The notes under the pieces were generated by a model. That model saw nothing but the letters and a program-made list of their open reading frames with translations, had not been told where the DNA came from and did no database searches. Shown here in pieces: positions 1 through 8,019 of a DNA stretch of 32,000 bases (position 1 is the stretch's first letter; each line of letters opens with the position of its first letter). The stretch spans positions 690,001 to 722,000 of the forward strand of contig OY776328.1 of NCBI GenBank assembly GCA_963675515.1, in the 5' to 3' direction. Origin of the DNA: Coprobacillaceae bacterium. Lineage in GTDB: Bacteria > Bacillota_I > Bacilli_A > Erysipelotrichales > Coprobacillaceae. Made by a program: the position numbers and the translations under genes.

Positions 1-1329
1 ACGGTCATCGTCAAGGACGGGGACGGATACCTGCAGATAACCAAAGGGGGACCGGATGTCATCTTCTCAAGATGCCTTTCTCAGGAAAATGGACATCGGA
101 TCGATGCAAACAAATCGATGGCTCAGGAAGCCTTGCGGGTCCTGGCAGTGGCAATCCGCCATCACGACCGGCTGCCCGATACCATCGACAGCGAGACTCT
201 TGAAAAAGATCTGACCTTCGTCGGTCTTGTCGGGATGATCGACCCGCCAAGGGAAGAGGCTAAAAAAGCGATTCTCGAAGCGAAAAAGGCGGGGGTCCGC
301 ACGGTCATGATCACGGGTGACCATGTGGAAACGGCGGCGGCCATTGCCAAAACACTTGGAATCCTCGAACCGGGCCAACAGGCACTCACCGGGGATCAGC
401 TCAATGCCATGTCCGATGAGGAGTTGGCGCAAAACGTCGACAAATATGCCGTCTACGCCCGGGTCGCACCTGAACACAAGGTTCGTATTGTGAGGGCTTG
501 GCAGGCACAAAACAAAGTCGTTGCGATGACGGGTGACGGGGTCAATGATGCCCCTGCATTGAAACAGGCGGATATCGGCTGTGCCATGGGGATCACCGGT
601 ACCGATGTTGCCAAAGGTGCGGCATCCATGATCCTGACGGATGACAACTTTGCCACGATCATCCATTCGATCAAAGAAGGCCGGGGAATCTATGATAATA
701 TCAAAAAAGATGTGCAGTTCCTGCTTAGCAGCAATATCGGTGAAGTCCTGACGATTTTCGGGGCATCGGTGATCACGCTGTTCACCGACGCCAACTTCGG
801 CGTGCCGCTGCTTCCGATTCATCTGCTTTGGGTCAATCTGATCACCGATTCCCTTCCGGCTTTTGCCTTGGGTATGGAGCCGGTGGAGGAAGACATAATG
901 GAACGCAAACCGCGAAAGAAAAGCGAAGGATTCTTCGCCAATGGATTGGGCTTCACCATCGCCTGGCAGGGGCTGATGATCGGGGCTTTCACCCTGATTG
1001 CCTATGCGATCGGAAATCCGATCTCGCATGAGACAGGGATGACCATGGCGTTCATCACTTTGTGCGGTTCGCAGCTGGTTCACAGCTTCAATGTCAAGAC
1101 ACATCATTCGATCCTGTCGCGCCGTCTGTTTACGAACATCTATCTGTGGGGGGCGCTGGGATGTGGCATGCTTTTGCAGATCGTGCTTCTTGCCGTACCT
1201 GAGTTAAGCGAGATATTCAAACTGGAACCGCTGCATATCGAACAGTGGTACATCTGTCTGGCTTTCTGCTTTGGGACTGTTGTGATATCCGAGATTGTGA
1301 AACTTGCAACGCGTAAAAACCGTAGATAA
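1..1329 (+). CDS. P-type cation-transporting ATPase (Ca2+-ATPase-like), C-terminal part; 5' end lies outside the window
   Basis: Frame 1 is open from nt 1 (TVIVKDGDGYLQITKGGPDVIF...), so the M listed at 118 is internal. Motifs seen: MITGDH and VAMTGDGVNDAPALKQADIG (hinge). Several hydrophobic TM segments follow. Stop at 1327-1329. Confidence 0.9.
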   Translation, partial: TVIVKDGDGYLQITKGGPDVIFSRCLSQENGHRIDANKSMAQEALRVLAVAIRHHDRLPDTIDSETLEKDLTFVGLVGMIDPPREEAKKAILEAKKAGVRTVMITGDHVETAAAIAKTLGILEPGQQALTGDQLNAMSDEELAQNVDKYAVYARVAPEHKVRIVRAWQAQNKVVAMTGDGVNDAPALKQADIGCAMGITGTDVAKGAASMILTDDNFATIIHSIKEGRGIYDNIKKDVQFLLSSNIGEVLTIFGASVITLFTDANFGVPLLPIHLLWVNLITDSLPAFALGMEPVEEDIMERKPRKKSEGFFANGLGFTIAWQGLMIGAFTLIAYAIGNPISHETGMTMAFITLCGSQLVHSFNVKTHHSILSRRLFTNIYLWGALGCGMLLQIVLLAVPELSEIFKLEPLHIEQWYICLAFCFGTVVISEIVKLATRKNRR

Positions 1330-1432
1330 TTCTATGGTTTTTTTGTGCTCCGGCGAAATTGGGATTATGGCATAGTAAGACTTTACTATCAATTTGAAAT
1401 ATGGTTTAATAATATGGATAAGGATGGTAAAG

Positions 1433-1903
1433 ATGAAAAAGAATATAAATAATGTGATTTTATATATAGTTACAATGCTTGTCGTCCTGGTTGGCGACCA
1501 GCTCACAAAAATCGTAGTTGCCATAAATATGACATTGGGAGCGTCGGTGGAAATAGTCGACAACTTCTTTTATTTCACCTATGCGCAAAACAAAGGTGCG
1601 GCCTGGTCGATGTTCGAGGGCCATGTGGAATTCTTCATCATGTTTGCCGCAGTGGCCTTGGCGGGTCTGATATTTTATTTCATCAAAACCGATTCCAAAG
1701 AACATCTGACCCGGTTCGGTATCATTCTGATCATTTCCGGTTTGCTTGGAAATGTGTTTGACCGGATAGTGCTTGGTTATGTCCGTGACTTTATTGATTT
1801 TATTATATTCGGATATGATTTTCCGATTTTCAATATTGCCGATATCGCCATTGTGATCGGGGTAGGTTTGATGATGATTGAATTGTTTATGGAGGATGAA
1901 TAG
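1433..1903 (+). CDS. lspA: Lipoprotein signal peptidase II
   Basis: Motifs DQLTK, YAQNKGAAWSMF, GNVFDRIVLGYVRDFIDF and FNIADIAIVIG, with 4 hydrophobic segments. The ORF opens at 1394, but MKKNINN at 1433 (or M at 1424) follows a GGATAAGGATGG purine-rich stretch. The start is uncertain by about 13 codons. Confidence 0.85.
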   Translation: MKKNINNVILYIVTMLVVLVGDQLTKIVVAINMTLGASVEIVDNFFYFTYAQNKGAAWSMFEGHVEFFIMFAAVALAGLIFYFIKTDSKEHLTRFGIILIISGLLGNVFDRIVLGYVRDFIDFIIFGYDFPIFNIADIAIVIGVGLMMIELFMEDE

Positions 1904-2817
1904 TGGAAACAATCGAATTTGAAATATATGAAAAAAAAGGGCGGCTCGACAAGTATCTTAGCGAGCAGATGGAAGACATTTCCCGCAGCCAGATCCAGGA
2001 GATGATCAAGGAAGGCTATGTCCTGGTCAACGGCAAGGCTGAAAAAGCCTCGTACAAGCTGGAAAATGGCGATATTATCGGAGTTACGATGATGCCGCCA
2101 AAGGACATGGAGATCAAGCCGGAGAACATCCCGTTGGACATCGTTTATGAGGACGCTGACGTGATTGTCATCAACAAGCCCAATGACATGATTGTCCACC
2201 CGACTCTTTCAATCGTATCGAACACTCTGGTCAATGCGATATTGTACCATTGCCAGGATCTTTCGGGGATCAATGGCATCAACCGTCCGGGGATAGTCCA
2301 CCGGATCGACAAGGAAACCTCAGGCTTGCTTATGGTGGCCAAGAATGATCTGGCGCACCGCTCGCTTTCACAGCAGCTAAAGGACCATACGGTAACCCGC
2401 AGCTATGTTGCCCTGGTACATGGGGAGTTCCCGCACAACCATGGCCGGATCGACGCACCAATCGGACGCGATCCCAAAGACCGCCAGAAAATGACGGTAC
2501 GGGCAGATAATTCCAAAGACGCCATAACCAATTTCACGGTGCTCGAAAGATATCCTGACTATTCGCTGGTCGAATGTCGTCTGGAAACCGGACGGACCCA
2601 CCAGATCCGGGTCCATATGGCCTACATCGGCCATCCGGTATTGGGTGATCCCAAATACGGATACCGCAGGGACGACACCACTCATGGGCAGTATCTCCAT
2701 GCCAGAACGCTCGGGTTCAACCATCCCCGCACGGGAGAATATATGGAGTTCACCAGCGAGTTGCCTGATTTCTTTGTAGCCAAGATAAAGGAAATCGAGG
2801 CTTTGTCGGATGACTAA
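1903..2817 (+). CDS. rluD: RluA-family 23S rRNA pseudouridine synthase (RluD-like) with N-terminal S4 domain
   Basis: GTG start overlaps the lspA stop by 1 nt (TAGTG). S4-like N-terminus (RLDKYLSE...). Catalytic motif HRIDKETSGLLMVAKN. C-terminal GRTHQIRVH. Confidence 0.9.
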   Translation: METIEFEIYEKKGRLDKYLSEQMEDISRSQIQEMIKEGYVLVNGKAEKASYKLENGDIIGVTMMPPKDMEIKPENIPLDIVYEDADVIVINKPNDMIVHPTLSIVSNTLVNAILYHCQDLSGINGINRPGIVHRIDKETSGLLMVAKNDLAHRSLSQQLKDHTVTRSYVALVHGEFPHNHGRIDAPIGRDPKDRQKMTVRADNSKDAITNFTVLERYPDYSLVECRLETGRTHQIRVHMAYIGHPVLGDPKYGYRRDDTTHGQYLHARTLGFNHPRTGEYMEFTSELPDFFVAKIKEIEALSDD

Positions 2818-3280
2818 GATAATCTCCTGGGATCAGTATTTCATGGCTGTGGCCAAGCTGTCAGGATACCGATCGAAGGATCCCAACACCCAGGTCGGTG
2901 CCTGCATCGTATCAGCGAACAAGAAAATCGTCGGGGTGGGCTATAATGGTCTTCCCATCGGGCTTTCGGATCAGGACTTCCCTTGGGAAAGCCGCGAAGG
3001 CGAACTGGACCAGACCAAGTATGCCTATGTCGTCCATGCCGAGCTCAATGCCATCTTGAACGCAATCAAGGATCTTCACGGCAGCTCGATCTATGTGTCG
3101 CTGTTCCCATGCCATGAATGCGCCAAGGCCATCATCCAGGCGGGAATCAGGGAAATCGTCTACGAGGACGACAAGTATTGCGGGACGCCCAGCGATGTGG
3201 CGGCCAAAAAGATGCTTGACGGAGCCGGGGTATCATACCGCAAAGTCAGCCAGATCAATATCACAGTAGAAACTGATTAA
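2810..3280 (+). CDS. comEB: dCMP deaminase (ComEB-type cytidine/deoxycytidylate deaminase)
   Basis: Zinc-binding motifs HAELNAI and PCHECAKAI. 156 aa. ATG overlaps the rluD end by 8 nt. Confidence 0.85.
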   Translation: MTKIISWDQYFMAVAKLSGYRSKDPNTQVGACIVSANKKIVGVGYNGLPIGLSDQDFPWESREGELDQTKYAYVVHAELNAILNAIKDLHGSSIYVSLFPCHECAKAIIQAGIREIVYEDDKYCGTPSDVAAKKMLDGAGVSYRKVSQINITVETD

Positions 3281-3304
3281 AGTCTGCGAAGTGCGGACTT
3301 TTTT
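3281..3304 (+). terminator. Rho-independent terminator after the dCMP deaminase gene
   Basis: Hairpin AGTCTGC-GAAG-(T)GCGGACT with one G-U pair, followed by TTTTTT. Confidence 0.6.
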
Positions 3305-3308
3305 GCAC

Positions 3309-3336
3309 AAAAAAGGAACTATTCGACGATAGTTCC
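3309..3336 (-). terminator. Rho-independent terminator of the rhodanese gene, overlapping its last codons
   Basis: Perfect 8-bp stem GGAACTAT/ATAGTTCC (3315-3336). On the minus strand it is followed by a U-run (plus-strand AAAAAA at 3309-3314). Confidence 0.6.
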
Positions 3337-3681
3337 TTTCCAGTTGTTGATCGAGCCAAGATCATATACTTCGGTGTAACCGATATCCTCGAGCAGACCT
3401 AAAGCCTGGTTGGACCGGTTGCCTGAGCGGCAGTAGACGATGATCGGAGTGTCCAGATCGGGGATCTGTTCCAGCGGCTGGGTCGATATGGTGTCCAAAG
3501 GGATAAGCAGGGCGTTTTCGACATGGCCGGAATTGTACTCATCCAAGGTCCGCACATCGACGATGAGTGCCTGCTTCTGTTCGATAAGATCGAGTGCCTG
3601 CTGGTAGTCGATGACTTTTGACTCGTTTGACCCACATCCGGTCAGGGATATGGCAAGCAATAATGTAATCAGTTTTTTCAT
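3319..3681 (-). CDS. Rhodanese-domain lipoprotein (sulfurtransferase-like)
   Basis: MKKLITLLLAISLTGCGS is a signal peptide plus lipobox (LTGC). Rhodanese active-site loop CRSGNRS. SD GGAGG lies 5 nt upstream of the ATG at 3681. The TTG at 3693 listed in the ORF track is part of the SD region. Confidence 0.8.
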   Translation of the reverse strand: MKKLITLLLAISLTGCGSNESKVIDYQQALDLIEQKQALIVDVRTLDEYNSGHVENALLIPLDTISTQPLEQIPDLDTPIIVYCRSGNRSNQALGLLEDIGYTEVYDLGSINNWKGTIVE

Positions 3682-3706
3682 ATTATCCTCCAAAGCAAAA
3701 AAAGGC

Positions 3707-4471
3707 TTAGTCGGCCTTTTCCATTGCGTTTTTAAGCCGTTTGTAGTTAGTCATGTTTGTCTTTGTGACTTTAAACAGCATTTTCTTCCCGTATTTCTTG
3801 GCAACTTCAAGGGCTACCGTTTCCACCGAAGGACTTGTTCCCCGGGGCAGTTTCATTTTCAGTGACTTAGACATGTTTTGGAAATATTGCAGGTAAGCGT
3901 AGCGGGAAAGAATCGCGCTGCACATGATTCCCAAATATTTTTCTTCACCTTTTGTGACGAATTCCAGATCCTTGACCACGATGACCTCGGTTTTAAGATA
4001 GTTGAAATAAGTCTTAGGTGAGACGAACTGGGTGGCGCACTTGTAATCCACTGCCAGCTGGACTTTCTGCATTACGTTGGTGACCGCTTGGTTGTAAAGT
4101 TTGGCCTTGATGTTTGCCAGGTTGTTTCCTTCCTGGGCTAACTGGTTGTAATGCGAATTGTCTAAAATCAATAAACTGTAAATCAGGCGATCTTTGATTT
4201 CCTTGGCGATTGTGACAACTTCCTTATTGGTGAGTTCTTTGGGGTCTTTTACACCGATGCTTATAAGCCAATCGAAATCTCTTTCATCGACGAAGCATGA
4301 TACCACGCATAGCGGGCCGAAAAAATCCTGGGAACCAGTCTCATCAACTCCTATGTGAGACCCGTCAAAGAAATTTTTGGCATAATCGAAATTACTGATA
4401 TCATTCCCACTTTCAGTTATTGGGGCTAACCTAACATGAGAGATATCAGATCTGACTATTGAATTATTCAA
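3707..4471 (-). CDS. rnhC: RNase HIII-like protein lacking the N-terminal substrate-binding domain
   Basis: HIII-type motifs G-V-DETGSQDFFGPL, VKDPKEL (canonical DSK), YFNYLK, TKGEE, SAILSRYAYL and LPRGTSPSV. TTG start is preceded by AGGAGGT. An in-frame TAG 5 codons upstream caps the N-terminus. Its position next to cvpA and mutS2 matches Bacillus rnhC synteny. Confidence 0.7.
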   Translation of the reverse strand: MNNSIVRSDISHVRLAPITESGNDISNFDYAKNFFDGSHIGVDETGSQDFFGPLCVVSCFVDERDFDWLISIGVKDPKELTNKEVVTIAKEIKDRLIYSLLILDNSHYNQLAQEGNNLANIKAKLYNQAVTNVMQKVQLAVDYKCATQFVSPKTYFNYLKTEVIVVKDLEFVTKGEEKYLGIMCSAILSRYAYLQYFQNMSKSLKMKLPRGTSPSVETVALEVAKKYGKKMLFKVTKTNMTNYKRLKNAMEKAD

Positions 4472-4504
4472 GACCTTTACCTCCTATCATATCTATTATA
4501 ACAT

Positions 4505-5183
4505 GTTTTTAATTTTTTTGACAGGATAAAATATATTTGTTAAAATGATTTGATATTAAGCTTGTAAATTCAGTTCTGTCTTTAAAGAGAAAATTATGCT
4601 AAATAGTGCGAATATAGATATTTTGATTGTGTTGTTTGTGGTCGTTTTTGCGGTTGTCGGATACTTCCGCGGCTTTGTTTTGCGGCTCTATGACCTGGTG
4701 GTCACGGTTGTTGCCATTGTCGGATCCTACTATTTGTCGGGGCCGGTCAGCCTGCTTTTCACGAATGTGAGCGGAGCGCCCTTTGCGTTTGCGAACCTGC
4801 TGTTCAACCGGATTGTGGCGTTCCTGGTGCTCCTGGCGATTTTCAAGATCGGTCTGCTTTTTGTCTCGCTGCTGATCAGACCGACGCTCCAGACTGTTTC
4901 GAATCTTCCACTTATCGGTGGAGTGGATCGGTTGCTTGGTGCGGTGATTTCCATTTTCGAGGCACTTGTAATCGTCTATGTGCTGTTGCTTTCATTTGGA
5001 GCGACCCAGCCCCAGCTTGACTATTCCAAGACGGTTATCGCCAAGGAAATACTTGCCATCGCTCCGGACTACTCAAAGATGATGGGCGAATATATCGAAT
5101 CGCTGGATCTGCTCGACCAGGTGGAGACATATTCGAGTGACGGCATTGATGGCAACAGTGTTTACTATGTGGCTTTGGCACTC
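4505..5183. repeat. Direct repeat copy 1 (679 bp) flanking the IS
   Basis: Aligns without gaps to 7140-7818 at a constant offset of 2635 nt. Only two mismatches: 4586 A vs 7221 G, and 4725 T vs 7360 G. Confidence 0.95.
4518..4546 (+). promoter_or_regulatory. Sigma-A-type promoter of cvpA (duplicated at 7153-7181)
   Basis: TTGACA (4518-4523), a 17-nt spacer, then TAAAAT (4541-4546), about 50 nt upstream of the cvpA ATG. Confidence 0.6.
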
Positions 5184-5210
5184 CTGAGTTTGACACCTGG
5201 ACATACATAA
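4596..5210 (+). CDS. cvpA: CvpA-family membrane protein, 3'-truncated duplicate copy (196 native codons plus an 8-codon foreign tail)
   Basis: Identical to 7231-8019 through residue 196 except S44 vs A44. It leaves the repeat at 5183 and ends LSLTPGHT*. Its SD is weakened (AAAGAG vs AAGGAG). Confidence 0.7.
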   Translation: MLNSANIDILIVLFVVVFAVVGYFRGFVLRLYDLVVTVVAIVGSYYLSGPVSLLFTNVSGAPFAFANLLFNRIVAFLVLLAIFKIGLLFVSLLIRPTLQTVSNLPLIGGVDRLLGAVISIFEALVIVYVLLLSFGATQPQLDYSKTVIAKEILAIAPDYSKMMGEYIESLDLLDQVETYSSDGIDGNSVYYVALALLSLTPGHT

Positions 5211-5290
5211 TCTTACATAATTTTAGTCGTTTTCCCTTGATGGAATGCGTCTTTTTTATTACCAAAAAATGTCAATACTTTGTACTTTTT

Positions 5291-5302
5291 GTGTTGTGTA
5301 AT
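5291..5302. repeat. Left inverted repeat of the IS (GTGTTGTGTAAT)
   Basis: Perfect reverse complement of 7116-7127. It overlaps the putative -35 of the transposase promoter. Confidence 0.7.
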
Positions 5303-5322
5303 GTTCTGTAATGTGGTATAAT
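5294..5322 (+). promoter_or_regulatory. Putative transposase promoter
   Basis: TTGTGT (5294-5299), a 17-nt spacer, then TATAAT (5317-5322) preceded by TGg (extended -10). Confidence 0.5.
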
Positions 5323-5343
5323 TGGCTAGAGGGGCTGATTTCT

Positions 5344-7113
5344 ATGTTTCTAAAGAAAGCAAAGTACAAGAATGGAAGGGTTTATTTATCGATTGTTGAA
5401 GGTTTCCGAGTTGATGGCAAGGTCAAACAACGGACTATCCAAAAATTAGGGTTCCTTGACGAGTTATCAGGTCAATACGATGACCCTATCGCTCACTTCA
5501 CTCAAATGGCCCAAGATATGACCGAGAAAGTCAATGCCGATTCTGTAACAACTATTGAGATTAATTCAGCCGATACCATCGATGATGGCAACAACCTTTA
5601 TAATGTGGGTTATGGTATTCTCAAATCAATTTACAGCGATACGAAATTAACCGATTTCTTCAAGACTAAGAACAGAAAGCACAATGTGGAATATAACTTC
5701 AATAAAATATTCCAGCTGTTGGTATATTCTCGAATCCTATACCCGTCTTCCAAACGGGAGACATTTGAAAACAGGACTTCCTTTTTCGAATCGTTTGACA
5801 ACTTCTCATTAAAGGACATGTACAAATCCCTTGATTTCTACAGCAAGTTCAAGGAAGAAATTGAAGCATGGCTCTGGCACAACACTAGGGACAGTTACAA
5901 GCGAGATGCCTCACAGGCCTTCTATGACTGCACCAATTACTATTTCGAGATCGCATTCAATGACGAAGACCTGATTGACGAAGAAGGGAACATCATCGAA
6001 AAGGGCTATCGAAAAAGAGGTCCTGAAAAAAACAAAAGGCCCGATCCGATTATCGAGATGGGACTGTTGATGGATTCAAATGGTATTCCGCTAGCGTATG
6101 ACCTATTCCCAGGTAACGAATCAGAGAAGACCTCTTTAAGACCGATCGTAAAAAGAACCAAAGCACAATTCGGAATAAATCGCACAATTATCGTGGCTGA
6201 CAGAGGGCTTAACACTTCCGACAACATCTATTTCCTTGCCGGCAAAAATGACGATAAATCCAGGAATATGGACGGCTACGTTTATGGCCAGTCAATCAGG
6301 GGTGCCGATAAGGAATTCAAGAAGTGGGCACTGGATCCAGAAGGATTCGAAGCTAATCTTCTAAAGGAAAACGGGAAGGAAATAGCTTTTATTCATAAAT
6401 CAAGATTGTACGGTAAGAAAATAAGATTGATACGGGACGGTAAACGAGATTCGGAGTACACGATCTACCAAAAACAAATGGTTTACTATTCAGCCAAATA
6501 CGCCAGAAAACAAAAACGGGAACGGGACTTGCTCATTGCCAAAGCACAAGATCTGATCAAAGCGCCTGGAAAATATACCAAGGCTACAAGTTACGGAGCC
6601 GCTGCATACGTTCAAGATATCGAATTTGACAAAAATACCGGCGAAGTCAAAACAAAAAAGAAGCTACAATTGGACGAAAAGAAAATAAATGAAGACGCCA
6701 AATATGATGGCTATTATTCAATAGTCACTAGCGAAAAAAACCTAGAGGACATCGAAATAAGAAATATATACCGTGGCCTGATTAAGATAGAAGACACATT
6801 CAGGGTATCGAAAACAAATTTCGAGTCACGTCCGGTTTACGTATGGACCGCTGAACACATTGAAGCTCACTTCCTCACATGCTTCGTGGCCCTTGTGCTC
6901 ATAAGATTATTAGAAAAGAGATTACAAAGCAAATACAGCGTCGGGTCAATGATTGAGTCACTGAAAAATTATAATTGCGTAAACATCGATAAAAACATTT
7001 ATCAATTCCTATACCGAGATGAAGTAATAAAGCACATCGAACAGGAATTCGGCATTGATTTGAGCAAAAAATACAAAACCAGAGAAGAAATTAAAAAATT
7101 TTTAAAGTACTAG
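5344..7113 (+). CDS. IS1634-family (IS4 superfamily) DDE transposase
   Basis: The N-terminus MFLKKAKYKNGRVYLSIVEGFRVDGKVKQRTIQKLG is typical of IS1634-type transposases. IIVADRGL carries the second D. YRGLIKIEDTFRVSK fits the IS4 Y-2-x-3-E-6-K signature. GAGGGG lies 8 nt upstream of the ATG at 5344; the ORF opens at 5311. Confidence 0.85.
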   Translation: MFLKKAKYKNGRVYLSIVEGFRVDGKVKQRTIQKLGFLDELSGQYDDPIAHFTQMAQDMTEKVNADSVTTIEINSADTIDDGNNLYNVGYGILKSIYSDTKLTDFFKTKNRKHNVEYNFNKIFQLLVYSRILYPSSKRETFENRTSFFESFDNFSLKDMYKSLDFYSKFKEEIEAWLWHNTRDSYKRDASQAFYDCTNYYFEIAFNDEDLIDEEGNIIEKGYRKRGPEKNKRPDPIIEMGLLMDSNGIPLAYDLFPGNESEKTSLRPIVKRTKAQFGINRTIIVADRGLNTSDNIYFLAGKNDDKSRNMDGYVYGQSIRGADKEFKKWALDPEGFEANLLKENGKEIAFIHKSRLYGKKIRLIRDGKRDSEYTIYQKQMVYYSAKYARKQKRERDLLIAKAQDLIKAPGKYTKATSYGAAAYVQDIEFDKNTGEVKTKKKLQLDEKKINEDAKYDGYYSIVTSEKNLEDIEIRNIYRGLIKIEDTFRVSKTNFESRPVYVWTAEHIEAHFLTCFVALVLIRLLEKRLQSKYSVGSMIESLKNYNCVNIDKNIYQFLYRDEVIKHIEQEFGIDLSKKYKTREEIKKFLKY

Positions 7114-7115
7114 GT

Positions 7116-7127
7116 ATTACACAACAC
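7116..7127. repeat. Right inverted repeat of the IS (ATTACACAACAC)
   Basis: Reverse complement of 5291-5302. It lies 3 nt after the transposase stop codon. Confidence 0.7.
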
Positions 7128-7139
7128 GGAGAAATGCGA

Positions 7140-7818
7140 GTTTTTAATTTTTTTGACAGGATAAAATATATTTGTTAAAATGATTTGATATTAAGCTTGT
7201 AAATTCAGTTCTGTCTTTAAGGAGAAAATTATGCTAAATAGTGCGAATATAGATATTTTGATTGTGTTGTTTGTGGTCGTTTTTGCGGTTGTCGGATACT
7301 TCCGCGGCTTTGTTTTGCGGCTCTATGACCTGGTGGTCACGGTTGTTGCCATTGTCGGAGCCTACTATTTGTCGGGGCCGGTCAGCCTGCTTTTCACGAA
7401 TGTGAGCGGAGCGCCCTTTGCGTTTGCGAACCTGCTGTTCAACCGGATTGTGGCGTTCCTGGTGCTCCTGGCGATTTTCAAGATCGGTCTGCTTTTTGTC
7501 TCGCTGCTGATCAGACCGACGCTCCAGACTGTTTCGAATCTTCCACTTATCGGTGGAGTGGATCGGTTGCTTGGTGCGGTGATTTCCATTTTCGAGGCAC
7601 TTGTAATCGTCTATGTGCTGTTGCTTTCATTTGGAGCGACCCAGCCCCAGCTTGACTATTCCAAGACGGTTATCGCCAAGGAAATACTTGCCATCGCTCC
7701 GGACTACTCAAAGATGATGGGCGAATATATCGAATCGCTGGATCTGCTCGACCAGGTGGAGACATATTCGAGTGACGGCATTGATGGCAACAGTGTTTAC
7801 TATGTGGCTTTGGCACTC
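7140..7818. repeat. Direct repeat copy 2 (679 bp)
   Basis: See copy 1. This copy continues into the intact 3' part of cvpA. Confidence 0.95.
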
Positions 7819-8019
7819 AACACCGCCTATGAACATGACCTGATCGATCAGGATACGTTAAATGAAAAAGCTTATAATTACTTTTCACAGGTGGCAAGCA
7901 GCGATATCGAACTGGAACTTGATTCCAGACAGGTTGCAGAACTGGATAAATTGCTGGACAAGGTCCCTGCTTTGGATAAAAAAACAATAATGAATAAGAT
8001 CGAGGTAATAAATGGATAA
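7231..8019 (+). CDS. cvpA: CvpA-family membrane protein (full length, 262 aa)
   Basis: Four hydrophobic helices plus a C-terminal soluble extension. SD AAGGAG. The 3' end overlaps the mutS2 start by 8 nt. rnhC-cvpA-mutS2 synteny matches Bacillus. Confidence 0.8.
   Translation: MLNSANIDILIVLFVVVFAVVGYFRGFVLRLYDLVVTVVAIVGAYYLSGPVSLLFTNVSGAPFAFANLLFNRIVAFLVLLAIFKIGLLFVSLLIRPTLQTVSNLPLIGGVDRLLGAVISIFEALVIVYVLLLSFGATQPQLDYSKTVIAKEILAIAPDYSKMMGEYIESLDLLDQVETYSSDGIDGNSVYYVALALNTAYEHDLIDQDTLNEKAYNYFSQVASSDIELELDSRQVAELDKLLDKVPALDKKTIMNKIEVING

Larger units (their letters stand above)
5184..7139 (+). mobile_element. IS1634/IS4-superfamily insertion sequence (whole segment between the two long direct repeats)
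   Basis: It carries a single DDE transposase gene. A 12-bp inverted repeat GTGTTGTGTAAT sits at 5291-5302 and 7116-7127. The AT-rich composition contrasts with the flanks. The exact left tip is unresolved (see findings). Confidence 0.85.

Noticed and set aside
67-1107. 346-aa minus-strand ORF (and nested shorter ones) opposite the P-type ATPase gene
   Set aside because: The plus-strand frame carries unmistakable P-type ATPase motifs. The antisense frame is R/G/D/H-rich and motif-free. Long shadow ORFs are expected where sense codons avoid TTA, CTA and TCA.
5035-5265. 76-aa minus-strand ORF spanning the repeat/IS junction
   Set aside because: It is created by the junction itself, lies antisense to cvpA, and has no translation signals.
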